A stretch of 60,697 nucleotides of DNA, the filler included. It is 6 parts of 6 records of this genome, joined end to end, with 100 filler letters (N's around TTAATTAATTAA, not from the genome) between each part and the next. Parts side by side here need not be neighbours in the genome. Positions count along the whole stretch, not along the records: positions 28,340 to 44,950 come from SRR31156797_25840; 5 more parts are not named here. One strand, 5' to 3'. The position numbers were made by a program, and so were the translations under genes. Positions 28,646-38,059 of the stretch are shown piece by piece. The notes below the pieces were generated by a model. That model was not told the DNA's origin. It made no database searches and saw only the letters and a program-made list of their open reading frames with translations. The stretch's first letter is position 1, and each line of letters starts with the position of its first letter.

Positions 28646-29872
28646 CTAATTCAATTTACGCTCTTGCGGAAACAGAGGGAGGTAGCGGTACACGAATGAC
28701 AGGACCAAAAAGCCAAAGGCTATGATCATGATGGACGTGGCGTACTCAACCCAGTTCGGGTAGTACACTTGCCAATCGTCAAACGGCATAACCGGGAAGG
28801 CAATTGTTTGAACAGTAAAGAGATAACGGTTCAGGGACACGCCAATGCAGTCCAAAATGGCAGCGGTATACAGCAATGTCGGATTATTACGGATGGCCGG
28901 AACAATCAACATAATAGCTGGCACAATACCACACACAACCAATTCAGAGAACATCAACCATTTGCCGTAGATAAAGCCATAGAACATGTCGTCAAAGGTC
29001 AAACCGACGGTAGGCAGGTAACCATAAGCCCATGCCCACGTGTCAAGAATCTTGAAGAACATGTACACGCACAGCATGGTGCCAGCAATCTTGCCCATCA
29101 AAGCCTTGGTCTTGAAGTCGACCAATTTCTTACCTGTAATCTTCTCCATGAGGGTGGCAATCAGAACGGTGAAAACCGGACCGGAACCAACTGCGGAGAG
29201 TACAAACAGGAAGAAAGTCCATGGCCAGATAAAGAATCCTTCACGGAAAGCGTAAGGACGACCGATCAGGACGCCATACATACCACCCAGGGAACCCTGG
29301 TGGAATGTGGACAGGAATGCACCAATACCGGCGAACAACGCCATGTTGACGTGCATGTTGTGAGCCAACGCATGAATGAAGGGGATCTTGTTCAACTGCT
29401 TCTGCTCAAGAATCAACGGAACGAACTCGATGATCAGAACAGTCAAATAGCAGGTGATACAGAAGATAACTTCTGTCAGCATGGAGTGGACATTAGGATG
29501 CCAGTAACCGAACCAGGCACGGGTCGGCTGACCAACATCAAGAACCAGAACCAGCATGGCACCTGCATAGCAGCAGAAACCGACGACAACCGTCAGGTTA
29601 ATAATTTTTTCAAGCTGTTTGATCTTAAGGATATACTTGAGCAGACCGGTGAAAAAAGCACCGGCGCCAAGAGCGATCACAGCAAGGTCAAAGGTAATCC
29701 AGGCACCGAACCCGAAGTAGTTATCCAGGCCGGTGGTGCCAATGCCATTATACAGTACGAGTACTGCGGCATAGAGCCCCCAGAGGAAAACGCCCATTAT
29801 GGCAGCTATCCAAATAAGGAACTTGCCAAACGAGCACCGCTGCACCCCTTCCGGGAAGAGTTTGCTATCCAT
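28646..29872 (-). CDS. qrcD: Qrc complex membrane subunit (NrfD/PsrC family)
   Basis: WITFDLAVIALGAGAFF, WHPNVHSMLTEV, STFHQGSLGG; last gene of the cytochrome c / Mo-family / Fe-S / NrfD set. Confidence 0.93.
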   Translation of the reverse strand: MDSKLFPEGVQRCSFGKFLIWIAAIMGVFLWGLYAAVLVLYNGIGTTGLDNYFGFGAWITFDLAVIALGAGAFFTGLLKYILKIKQLEKIINLTVVVGFCCYAGAMLVLVLDVGQPTRAWFGYWHPNVHSMLTEVIFCITCYLTVLIIEFVPLILEQKQLNKIPFIHALAHNMHVNMALFAGIGAFLSTFHQGSLGGMYGVLIGRPYAFREGFFIWPWTFFLFVLSAVGSGPVFTVLIATLMEKITGKKLVDFKTKALMGKIAGTMLCVYMFFKILDTWAWAYGYLPTVGLTFDDMFYGFIYGKWLMFSELVVCGIVPAIMLIVPAIRNNPTLLYTAAILDCIGVSLNRYLFTVQTIAFPVMPFDDWQVYYPNWVEYATSIMIIAFGFLVLSFVYRYLPLFPQERKLN

Positions 29873-29883
29873 TGTTCAGCCTC

Positions 29884-30693
29884 CTAGTGACCGCCGCCAT
29901 CGGCGTTGTAGTTATCACCCTGCTTGCGGACCCATTCACGATTGCTCATGTAATAGACCTGGGGAGCCAGGCCGAGTTTCTCAAGCAGACGGAATGCTTT
30001 CGGGCTCTTAGCAAGGTCATGCACCTTATGTTCGGGATTATTCAAATCGCCGAAGGTGATAGCCTTGGTCGGGCAGATTTCTGCGCAAGCGGTCACATAT
30101 GCGCCATCGGGCAGATTCATCGGGTCCTCGCCATTCTGACGAGCTTGATCCTTGGCATTCATGTAACGGGTATGACAGAAGTTACACTTCTCAACCACGC
30201 CACGAGGACGAGGAGACACGGCCGGGCTCAACCCCTTGTCCATGCCTTCAGGCCAAAGCGGATCCCACCAGTTAAAGTAACGAGCGTGATATGGGCATGC
30301 AGCCATGCAGTACCTACAACCGATACAACGGGGGTAGATCTGGGATACAATGCCGCCCTCTTCGTTCTTCTCGGTGGCAACGACCGGACAAACAGGCACA
30401 CAAGCGGGGTTGCCACACTGCATGCAAGGTCTGGGCAAGTAAGCCGTCTCATGTTCAGGGAAGGCTTTACCGTTGGACAGTTCGTAAACGTTCATCCAAG
30501 TCAGGGTCTTGAGCTTATTGGACGCATTGTCGCGATCCGTCGTCAAGGCCTGAACATAGTTATAGGGGTCTTTCTTGGTCATGGGAGCGATATTGTTCTC
30601 CACCTGGCAGCCGACCATACAGGCGCCGCAGCCGGTGCATTTGTCAATATCAATGACCATGCCCCATTTGATTTTGAATTCTTTTGTTTGCAT
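29884..30693 (-). CDS. qrcC: Qrc complex iron-sulfur subunit
   Basis: CTGCGACMVGC, CMQCGNPACVPVCP, CIGCRYCMAACP, KCNFC...CAEICP; start moved to ATG 30693. Confidence 0.93.
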   Translation of the reverse strand: MQTKEFKIKWGMVIDIDKCTGCGACMVGCQVENNIAPMTKKDPYNYVQALTTDRDNASNKLKTLTWMNVYELSNGKAFPEHETAYLPRPCMQCGNPACVPVCPVVATEKNEEGGIVSQIYPRCIGCRYCMAACPYHARYFNWWDPLWPEGMDKGLSPAVSPRPRGVVEKCNFCHTRYMNAKDQARQNGEDPMNLPDGAYVTACAEICPTKAITFGDLNNPEHKVHDLAKSPKAFRLLEKLGLAPQVYYMSNREWVRKQGDNYNADGGGH

Positions 30694-30704
30694 GTCGGTT
30701 CCCC

Positions 30705-32651
30705 CTAGATTTTGGCGACATTCACAGTGGAACCGGCCCATGTAGAGGCGCCAGCGGCAGCCTCGGAGCTCACCGTGAGAATCTTGTAAACGTTATCGCC
30801 CTTACCCTTCGAGAACTCGTCGCCGACAGTATGACCCATTCCCAGAGGAGCGGCCACTATACCGGGCAAGACGCCTTCGAAGATCTGGACCAAAGCTTCA
30901 CACTCACCGGTACCACCGGAGAGTTTCACCTTGGAGCCAACGTCCACGCCAAGTTGTTTGGCGGTGGCGGATGCCATCATGACGACCATATGGTCACCAA
31001 TCAACTGATTGTTGCTGATGGTGCACGGGGCGTTAGGGGTAGTCGCCTGATTGGCGGTACCGACATTGAGCAGTGTATAGGGAGCAAGTCCCACGGCACC
31101 GGAACCCTTAACGGGTACGGCAGCCTTGCTCAATTCGCTAGCAGCCATGCTGGCAGCAACCGGCACTTCGCCTTCAGCGACAAATGCGCCACCTTCGACC
31201 AACTCGTCCATGTCAGCACCAATGGCTTCAACCTTGGCTTCAAGAACTTCTTCATAAGTCTCAAATCCAAGATCAGCCAAACCGAGAATAAAGTCGGCGG
31301 CGTTCTTGACATTCAAAGTTGCCTTGGAAACCGGAGCGCCCAAGGAATACGTCCCCACTGCGAGACCATACGGAGATGCCAGATCCTCGAACCGCTCGTA
31401 ACAGTGCGGGGTCGGCAAAACCAGATTCGCGGCAGCCGTAGTTTCGGTATTAACCGAGTCAAACGCGACGGTGAAACCGGCCTTGACCTGCTCAGGCAGG
31501 GCGTAAGCTGGATTGGCTTCATAAACGAACAGCAAGTCGGTGGAAACACCTTCCAGAATATCCGCTTTCAACATTTCGCTCCGGCTCATGGCAGTACCGA
31601 CAGCTTTGCCAAATTCAGGCAAAGCCTTCATGCCACCGCCAAGCAGCAGATTCAATGCGAACGCTGCGCCGTGTGCGGCAACAGAACCACCGGGAACAAC
31701 CACAGGGTTGCTGGCGACCAGCAAATCCTTGGCGATAGCAGCCATCATATCGGCTTTAACACCGGTGGCAGCTTCAACTTTGGCAGGGCTGTAGTCATTC
31801 ATGACCATAGCCTTGAACTGACCAAAATCAGCTGCAGCTGTTGTCTTGCCTGATTGCAACACATAATATGCAATACCCAGAGTGAAAGCAGCCATGCCTT
31901 CAGCCGGGACAGGTACCCATTTATCGGTCACGGAAGCGGTTTTGGTCTGCAAAGGACCGGCGAAGTAGAACTTACCGGACTCATTGGCAGCAAAAGCCTT
32001 GAGGTTGGCGACGGTCGGACCCCAGGATTCCAGGGCATCGGCACCAGCCAGCAGGACTACATCCGCATTTTCCAGGTCATACCCGACCTGACCGGACCCA
32101 CCCATGAGACCGGACCAAGCCTTATCGGCGGCCTGCATGTCACATGGCATGGTATAAAATGCGTCGCTGCCCTTGTCAGTCAGCAACGCGGAGAAGACCT
32201 CGTTGACGGTGCCGGTCTGATCGCCGGAAATGACAGCAACTTTGCTGCCAGCGGCTTCCAACTTCTCGGCCACGACTTCCTGAGCTTTTTCCCAGGAGAT
32301 TTCTTCGCCATCCAACATGGGAGCCTTAATCCGGGACGGGCTGTTCATGACCTGTACACCATTGGCGCACAAAGGACAGACACCACCGCCGGAAAGCGGA
32401 TTTTCCATGTTTCCTTCAACACCGAAGGCTTCACCGGCAACGGTGCGAACCTTCACGGCACATCCGGATTCACACATCTTGGACACGGTTGGCGTTCCTT
32501 TGACTTCCCCGTATTTCAACGTGGGAATCCAAGGCCAATTCTGCGTCCAGATGGAGACATCATCAAGAGCTTTCCATACCGTCGGTGTAAAAAGGATACC
32601 GACGGTGGCGCCCACACTCATCTGAATAAAAGCTCTGCGTGCTACGCTCAT
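30705..32651 (-). CDS. qrcB: Qrc complex molybdopterin-family-like subunit
   Basis: Tat signal ARRAFI, LDDVSIWTQNWPWIP, degenerate N-terminal Cys motif, molydop-binding-like C-terminus. Confidence 0.92.
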   Translation of the reverse strand: MSVARRAFIQMSVGATVGILFTPTVWKALDDVSIWTQNWPWIPTLKYGEVKGTPTVSKMCESGCAVKVRTVAGEAFGVEGNMENPLSGGGVCPLCANGVQVMNSPSRIKAPMLDGEEISWEKAQEVVAEKLEAAGSKVAVISGDQTGTVNEVFSALLTDKGSDAFYTMPCDMQAADKAWSGLMGGSGQVGYDLENADVVLLAGADALESWGPTVANLKAFAANESGKFYFAGPLQTKTASVTDKWVPVPAEGMAAFTLGIAYYVLQSGKTTAAADFGQFKAMVMNDYSPAKVEAATGVKADMMAAIAKDLLVASNPVVVPGGSVAAHGAAFALNLLLGGGMKALPEFGKAVGTAMSRSEMLKADILEGVSTDLLFVYEANPAYALPEQVKAGFTVAFDSVNTETTAAANLVLPTPHCYERFEDLASPYGLAVGTYSLGAPVSKATLNVKNAADFILGLADLGFETYEEVLEAKVEAIGADMDELVEGGAFVAEGEVPVAASMAASELSKAAVPVKGSGAVGLAPYTLLNVGTANQATTPNAPCTISNNQLIGDHMVVMMASATAKQLGVDVGSKVKLSGGTGECEALVQIFEGVLPGIVAAPLGMGHTVGDEFSKGKGDNVYKILTVSSEAAAGASTWAGSTVNVAKI

Positions 32652-32664
32652 TCTCAGTACCCCT

Positions 32665-33414
32665 TTACTTATGGCAGGTGTAGCAGGCGTTCGGCTGACC
32701 CTTAAGGGCGTGACACCGTTCGCACTTCCACATCTTCATGGTCATCTTGCTGTAGCCGGAAAGGATGTTCCGCTCGAAAGCCGGAGGCACATCGTTAGTG
32801 CTGATATCCTTTACGTGGCACAGGTTGCAGTTCTGTTCAGGAGCTTCGCCCTCGAACACTGCGGGGTCAACGACATCAGACAGCTCTTTCTTCATCTCTG
32901 CCAGATCGGCAATACTCAGCTCAGCGTGAGCCTTGTGAGAGAAGTAAACGTTGTCAGGCTGGTACTGATAATTCAGCCAAGGAACTTCCTTGCCCTGAAT
33001 CAGGTACTTCACCACGTACTCACGTTCGGCTTGTTTTTTGTCGTCATCCGAAGCAGCCAGATTGTCCTCAATGGCATCCAGTTCTGCTTTCATGATGGCT
33101 TCATAGTCGGTCGGGTCGATGCCTTCTTCGGCAATGGCTTCCATTGCTTCTTCTGGATCGACCGCATGACATTCGGCACATACTTCGTTGGTCGGGAAAC
33201 CGGCATAAGAGCCGTCATCCCGGAAATAGTGGCAGCTTTCGCAATCCATTCCCTCGCCATCCACGTGTATCGCATGACTGAACCAAATCGGTTGTTCTTC
33301 TTTTTCATAGAACAAACCGGGGATTACAGCCCAGCCCAACACACAGGTGGCCAGGAAGCCGATGATAAAGGGAAGTGCCCCTCCACACCGTTTCGATGCT
33401 TTTCTTTCCTCCAT
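32665..33414 (-). CDS. qrcA: Qrc complex membrane-anchored multiheme cytochrome c
   Basis: N-terminal TM and five CxxCH (CESCH, CAECH, CNLCH, CERCH, CYTCH); QPDNVYFSH. Confidence 0.92.
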   Translation of the reverse strand: MEERKASKRCGGALPFIIGFLATCVLGWAVIPGLFYEKEEQPIWFSHAIHVDGEGMDCESCHYFRDDGSYAGFPTNEVCAECHAVDPEEAMEAIAEEGIDPTDYEAIMKAELDAIEDNLAASDDDKKQAEREYVVKYLIQGKEVPWLNYQYQPDNVYFSHKAHAELSIADLAEMKKELSDVVDPAVFEGEAPEQNCNLCHVKDISTNDVPPAFERNILSGYSKMTMKMWKCERCHALKGQPNACYTCHK

Positions 33415-33504
33415 AACCTCGCCCCATCACTCTAAAGTTAATGTGAAAATCACACCAATTGAACTATGTTCCCATACGGCACGGATCGATTTCGTGTCAA
33501 GAGA

Positions 33505-33522
33505 ATATGAAAATTTTCACGA
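33505..33522. promoter_or_regulatory. Candidate Rex box at the qrc promoter
   Basis: Minus strand TCGTGAAAATTTTCATAT resembles TTGTGAA-N4-TTCACAA; 4 bp upstream of TTGACA (33500-33495). Confidence 0.6.
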
Positions 33523-33586
33523 TCTCTCAGACTCAAAAAAATATCAACATTACTAATGGTTACACAGTGACAACCTCAGTTTATAT

Positions 33587-35017
33587 TTATTTCTTAACCC
33601 TACCGTAAACGTCGTCAAATCGAACAATATCATCCTCTTCCAGATACGGCCCGCTTTGAATTTCTATAATATTGAGTGGCACCTTGCCAGGATTGGCCAG
33701 TCTGTGCTGAGAAGCTTTAGGGATATCAACCGATTGATTTTCCACCAGAACACGAGGCTCATTATTCACTTCGACCTCAGCTGTTCCGTCCACCACAACC
33801 CAATGTTCACTGCGATGATGATGCATCTGAGAACTCAATCTTGCCCCCGGATTCACCTGAATGCGTTTAATCTTGTAATGTGGCCCCTCTTCCAACACGA
33901 TATAATTGCCCCACGGCCTATATACTGTGGGATGGCTTTCTACAAGCTGACTCCCTTCGGCCTTGAGAGTATCAACGACATCACGCACGGCTTGAACCTG
34001 CTCCATGGTGCATGTCAAAGTGGCATCACGGGTCTGAATCATGATCATATCGGATACGCCGACAACTGCGAGCTTGCCCCCCTCGCTGATCAGCAAGGAG
34101 TTTTTGCAATCCATGGCCAAAACGTCACCCTGAATGACATTCCCGTTTTCATCCTTGTCACCTAGGCGGTACATCGCTTCCCAGCTGCCAAGATCATCCC
34201 AATCAAAACCGGCACGGATCACAGCTATATTGTCAATCTTTTCCACAACACCATAATCGACTGAAATATTGGGTATCTCCCGATATCCCTGTACAAGCGG
34301 AGCCGTATCTCGTTCCATCCACCAATCCCAGAGAACTGGTTCACATTTCGCAACCTGTGTCAAAAAATGTTTGGCAGAAAACAAAAACATACCACTATTC
34401 CAGTAATGACTCTCTTCCTGCACAAATTTTTCGGCCATACTGTATTCAGGCTTTTCCACAAACCCGTCCACGGTATGAACGCCAGCATCCAGCTTATCTC
34501 CAAGCGCGATATATCCATACCCTGTCTCAGGCTTGCGAGGCTTAACCCCGAAAGTGACAAAACGATTATCCGCTGCCAAAAACGAAGCCTTAACCAGATC
34601 GCGCACCCATGCCTCATCATCACTGACAAGATGATCAGACGGAAAAACCGCAGCCAACGCTGTTGGATCAGCTTCGACAACTTTATCCAGTCCCAACATA
34701 ATCGCCGGGAGCGTATTTCTCCCCAAAGGTTCCGCCAACACTTGTCCTTTCAAGTCCGTATCAATGGCTTCCACCTGTTTACGCACTTCAAAAACATGTT
34801 CTTCGTTGGTGACAACCCAAATATTGGCCGGTTCAAAAGCTTCAAGTACTCTGGAAACAGTTTGCTGCAATAGCGTACTTTTGCCGCCCAGCACCAACAA
34901 CTGCTTGGGAAGTAAGTTTCTGCTGAGAGGCCACAACCGCGTCCCGGAACCGCCCGCTAGAATAATTGCATGACAAGGACGAGCAAAATCTGCTCTGGAT
35001 CGTTCGATATCAGACAT
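33587..35017 (-). CDS. manC: Mannose-1-phosphate guanylyltransferase / mannose-6-phosphate isomerase
   Basis: ILAGGSGTRLWPLSR, EPLGRNT, PETGYGYI, WDDLGSW, QMHHHRSEHW; start moved to ATG 35017. Confidence 0.94.
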   Translation of the reverse strand: MSDIERSRADFARPCHAIILAGGSGTRLWPLSRNLLPKQLLVLGGKSTLLQQTVSRVLEAFEPANIWVVTNEEHVFEVRKQVEAIDTDLKGQVLAEPLGRNTLPAIMLGLDKVVEADPTALAAVFPSDHLVSDDEAWVRDLVKASFLAADNRFVTFGVKPRKPETGYGYIALGDKLDAGVHTVDGFVEKPEYSMAEKFVQEESHYWNSGMFLFSAKHFLTQVAKCEPVLWDWWMERDTAPLVQGYREIPNISVDYGVVEKIDNIAVIRAGFDWDDLGSWEAMYRLGDKDENGNVIQGDVLAMDCKNSLLISEGGKLAVVGVSDMIMIQTRDATLTCTMEQVQAVRDVVDTLKAEGSQLVESHPTVYRPWGNYIVLEEGPHYKIKRIQVNPGARLSSQMHHHRSEHWVVVDGTAEVEVNNEPRVLVENQSVDIPKASQHRLANPGKVPLNIIEIQSGPYLEEDDIVRFDDVYGRVKK

Positions 35018-35021
35018 ATCA

Positions 35022-35591
35022 CTAACCCTCAAAGTTGAAGGGAGAATCAAAATTTTCCAAACGGGGCAACCGTTTATCTTTTTCCGAGAGGACTGGTGTG
35101 CGTCCATCCAAAGCGGAAGTCCAATCCACACCGATATCGGGATCGTCCCAGACGATACCGCCATCATGGTCAGGAGAGTACGAAGCATCAACCTTATACT
35201 GAAATTCCGTATCGGGCATGATGGTGACATAGCCATGAGCAAATCCCGCAGGAATGAACATGCGCTTGAAATTTGCACTGCTGAGAATGACATGTTGCCA
35301 CTTCCCAAAAGAGGGAGACCCTTTACGCAAATCAACAGCCACATCCATTACTGCGCCACGGGTAACCCAGACCAACTTGGCTTGGGCTTTGGGAGGTGTT
35401 TGAAAATGCAAACCGCGCAACACACCGACGTCTTTGGAATAGGCGTGATTATCCTGAACAAAATTACATGAAATACCGATACGCTTGAATGCATCGTAAT
35501 TGTAACTTTCCAGAAAAAAACCCCGCTCGTCCTGAAACACTTTTGGTGTCAAAACGAGAAGGCCGGGAAATCCAGTTTCATGGACCTGCAT
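35022..35591 (-). CDS. rfbC: dTDP-4-dehydrorhamnose 3,5-epimerase
   Basis: DERGFF, FVQDNH, RGLHFQ, QAKLV, DVAVDLR, GFAHG; start ATG 35591. Confidence 0.95.
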   Translation of the reverse strand: MQVHETGFPGLLVLTPKVFQDERGFFLESYNYDAFKRIGISCNFVQDNHAYSKDVGVLRGLHFQTPPKAQAKLVWVTRGAVMDVAVDLRKGSPSFGKWQHVILSSANFKRMFIPAGFAHGYVTIMPDTEFQYKVDASYSPDHDGGIVWDDPDIGVDWTSALDGRTPVLSEKDKRLPRLENFDSPFNFEG

Positions 35592-35786
35592 CCACCTCTC
35601 CTTGTTCTCTTTACTCCATAAGATCTTATTCGTGTTCATGTAGCTGAGATCGCATGCAGACACAAGTCCAAGCCTCTTTTTAATTGACATAAAAGAAAAA
35701 AAACAAACTCCCCGGTTCACATTTGCTCCTCAGTTTGCTAGGCCTTCTTTCAGGACACAACTTTAGCGGATCAAGGATATGGTTGC

Positions 35787-36314
35787 ATGAATTTTTTGGA
35801 CATCATTCTCATCTGCATTATTGCCCTCTTTCTCTTGCGCGGTTTCTTCAGAGGTCTCATTCAGGAAGTCCTCTCACTTATTGCCATAGTCTTGGCTCTT
35901 TTTCTGGCTTCACACTTCGACCATCTGATCGCACCTCACTTGGAGCTGTACATTGAAAGCAGCATCACGATCAGTGCATTGTCATATGCCCTGATCTTCG
36001 TCGGCACACTCATCGTGTTCTGGTTGTTGACAAAGCTCATTCGCTCTGTACTGGAACTTTCGTTGCTGGGGTGGCTCGACCGTACAGCCGGAGGAGTCTT
36101 TGGACTTATCGAGGGTATTCTCATTTGCCTTGTCGGGCTGATGTTTCTACAAACATTCGCCCCTGATGCTGATATTCTGAAAGAATCATATCTGGCGCCA
36201 CACGCGCAACACCTGATCGATGCTTTAGGCGAACATATTGATATGCCTTCACCTCAAGAGGCCCTGAACAATGCCAAAGATGCATTGGGCATAGCAAACG
36301 AGACCGCACAATAG
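35787..36314 (+). CDS. cvpA: CvpA-family membrane protein
   Basis: MNFLDII...RGFFRGLIQE, LDRTAGGVFGLIEG. Confidence 0.88.
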   Translation: MNFLDIILICIIALFLLRGFFRGLIQEVLSLIAIVLALFLASHFDHLIAPHLELYIESSITISALSYALIFVGTLIVFWLLTKLIRSVLELSLLGWLDRTAGGVFGLIEGILICLVGLMFLQTFAPDADILKESYLAPHAQHLIDALGEHIDMPSPQEALNNAKDALGIANETAQ

Positions 36315-36354
36315 TCAACCGGTCTTCCCAAACCATTTCGAAGGAGCCTTCGCC

Positions 36355-37161
36355 ATGAGCGAAAAAAATCATGAAGCCTCGACACAGGCCATGAAAGAGT
36401 TGCTTGGTGTCATTGATGCCTTGATCGCACCAGGCGGCTGTCCCTGGGACAAGGAACAGACTCCGCGCTCCATGTGCGATTATCTGGCAGAAGAAGCATT
36501 CGAACTCATTGAAGGCATCCGCAACAAAGATAAAGCTGAAGCCATGGAAGAGCTGGGCGACGTCATGTTTATCCTCCTGTTCATAGCCACCCTTTATGAA
36601 CGAGAAGGAGCTCACTCTCTGGCCGACTCAATTAATTACAGTGCAGCCAAGATGATTCGTCGGCACCCGCACGTCTTCGGCGACAAAAACTTCAAAGACA
36701 TCAAAGAACTCTGGGACAACTGGGAAAACGTCAAACGGGAAGAAAACAAGAAAACCGGCAGAAAACGGGTTTTCGACTCCTTGCCCAAAGGCCTCCCCCC
36801 GTTGCTCAAGGCATACCGTATCAACTCCAAGTCCGCCCGCAACAATTTCACTTGGGATTCTGACGAAGCCGTAGAGGTTCAACTCAAGGAAGAATGGCAG
36901 GAATGGCAGGAAGCCTTGGCGAAAAACGATCAGGAAGCATCTGAACAAGAATTCGGAGACTACCTTTTCACGTTGGTTGAATTAGGAAGACGCAAAGGTA
37001 TCAAGGCAAACAGCGCGCTGGACTTTGCCAACCAAAAATTCCTTGGCCGATTCGGCAAAATGGAAGAACTCGCTGAAATGCGCAATCAGGTTTTTTCAGA
37101 ATTGAACCTCGACGAAATGAATGCCCTCTGGGACGAAGTAAAAGACTGGGAAAAGGAATAA
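36355..37161 (+). CDS. mazG: Nucleoside triphosphate pyrophosphohydrolase MazG
   Basis: GCPWDKEQT, EELGD, KMIRRHPHVF, EFGD tandem MazG domains. Confidence 0.94.
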   Translation: MSEKNHEASTQAMKELLGVIDALIAPGGCPWDKEQTPRSMCDYLAEEAFELIEGIRNKDKAEAMEELGDVMFILLFIATLYEREGAHSLADSINYSAAKMIRRHPHVFGDKNFKDIKELWDNWENVKREENKKTGRKRVFDSLPKGLPPLLKAYRINSKSARNNFTWDSDEAVEVQLKEEWQEWQEALAKNDQEASEQEFGDYLFTLVELGRRKGIKANSALDFANQKFLGRFGKMEELAEMRNQVFSELNLDEMNALWDEVKDWEKE

Positions 37162-37172
37162 AAATTCTCAGG

Positions 37173-37337
37173 CTAACCAAAGAAATACTTTAAAAGATAA
37201 AATACGGCGACACCTGCGCCGATAGCTGCATATGTAAGCATTCACGGAAGGCAGTTCTTCTTGAACTTCCAGACCAATAGACTTCCGACTCCTACTGCGG
37301 CCAGAAGAGCAATGATAATTCTGACAGTTTCATTCAT
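37173..37337 (-). pseudogene. Small two-helix membrane ORF with an in-frame TGA (nonsense allele or possible selenocysteine)
   Basis: MNETVRIIIALLAAVGVGSLLVWKFKKNCLP*MLTYAAIGAGVAVFYLLKYFFG*; AGGAGG RBS; TGA at 37244-37242; similar to the upstream ORF. Confidence 0.6.
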
Positions 37338-37358
37338 GAATTCGACCTCCTACGGATC

Positions 37359-37547
37359 TCATGGCCATCCGGTTCTACCACTTCCGAACACCACGTTCAA
37401 AATATAATACACTGCGAAAAATATCGAAGTAGCGGCCACCACCAGATAGAATTTTGAGAGTCTGGGACGTTGCCATCGGTACAGTACAAAACTGATGCAT
37501 GCCGTAATTATGGCGGCGAGAAGAAGCCATCCTATTTCGATTTGCAT
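37359..37547 (-). CDS. Small two-helix membrane protein, unknown function
   Basis: 62 aa, two hydrophobic stretches around a basic loop; GGAGG RBS. Confidence 0.65.
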   Translation of the reverse strand: MQIEIGWLLLAAIITACISFVLYRWQRPRLSKFYLVVAATSIFFAVYYILNVVFGSGRTGWP

Positions 37548-37614
37548 AATCCCTCCACATAAGCACTATACCCTTGTGTTCTTTCCTTGGGCAACATTTT
37601 ATTTTTCAGCCCTC

Positions 37615-37641
37615 TAAAGACATGAAGCAAAATACCGATAG
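37615..37641 (+). promoter_or_regulatory. Candidate sigma28 (FliA) promoter
   Basis: TAAA-N15-ACCGATAG versus consensus TAAA-N15-GCCGATAA. Confidence 0.65.
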
Positions 37642-37688
37642 GGCAGATAGGCGTTATTTCCGACTTAGCGACTATGGAGGGTACGCTT

Positions 37689-37979
37689 ATGACCATGGCA
37701 ATCGGCGGTCTTGGAGGCTCCTCGCCTTATGATCAGCAGACATTCGGCGCAGCCGTGGTTTCCAAGACCCTGGACTACATGAATGATACCGGCAGCGGCT
37801 CAAGCTTCGCTCCTGTGGACAAAGAATCCGCCGAAGCGTCACTTGTTTCAAAAACTCTGGATTACATGAATTCCGGGTCTTCGTCGGCAGACAAAACCGG
37901 CATGGCCCAAAGTTACGACTTCCAAACCAGCGTCCTCGGTGCACACGCCAAAGGCGTGGTCATCGACGCCATTATCTGA
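37689..37979 (+). CDS. Small Ser/Gly-rich protein with duplicated VSKTLDYMN motif (YjfB-like)
   Basis: GGAGG RBS at 37676-37680; VSKTLDYMN occurs twice; ends KGVVIDAII. Confidence 0.75.
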   Translation: MTMAIGGLGGSSPYDQQTFGAAVVSKTLDYMNDTGSGSSFAPVDKESAEASLVSKTLDYMNSGSSSADKTGMAQSYDFQTSVLGAHAKGVVIDAII

Positions 37980-38007
37980 CCCTTTGGAGATAACGCCACG
38001 AAAGGAA

Positions 38008-38046
38008 TCCCGCTCTTCCCATAAGGAGGAGCGGGACTACTTTTTT
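38008..38046 (+). terminator. Terminator between convergent genes
   Basis: TCCCGCTCTTCC / GGAGGAGCGGGA stem, T-run 38041-38046. Confidence 0.65.
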
Positions 38047-38059
38047 GCAAAGACTTCAA

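Noticed and set aside
30705-32651. QrcB as a new catalytic molybdoenzyme
   Set aside because: Context and N-terminus match QrcB, which is known to lack the molybdenum cofactor.
33587-35720. Apparent long overlap between manC and rfbC in the ORF track
   Set aside because: Artefact of upstream start choice; likely starts are 35017 and 35591, leaving a 4-nt gap.
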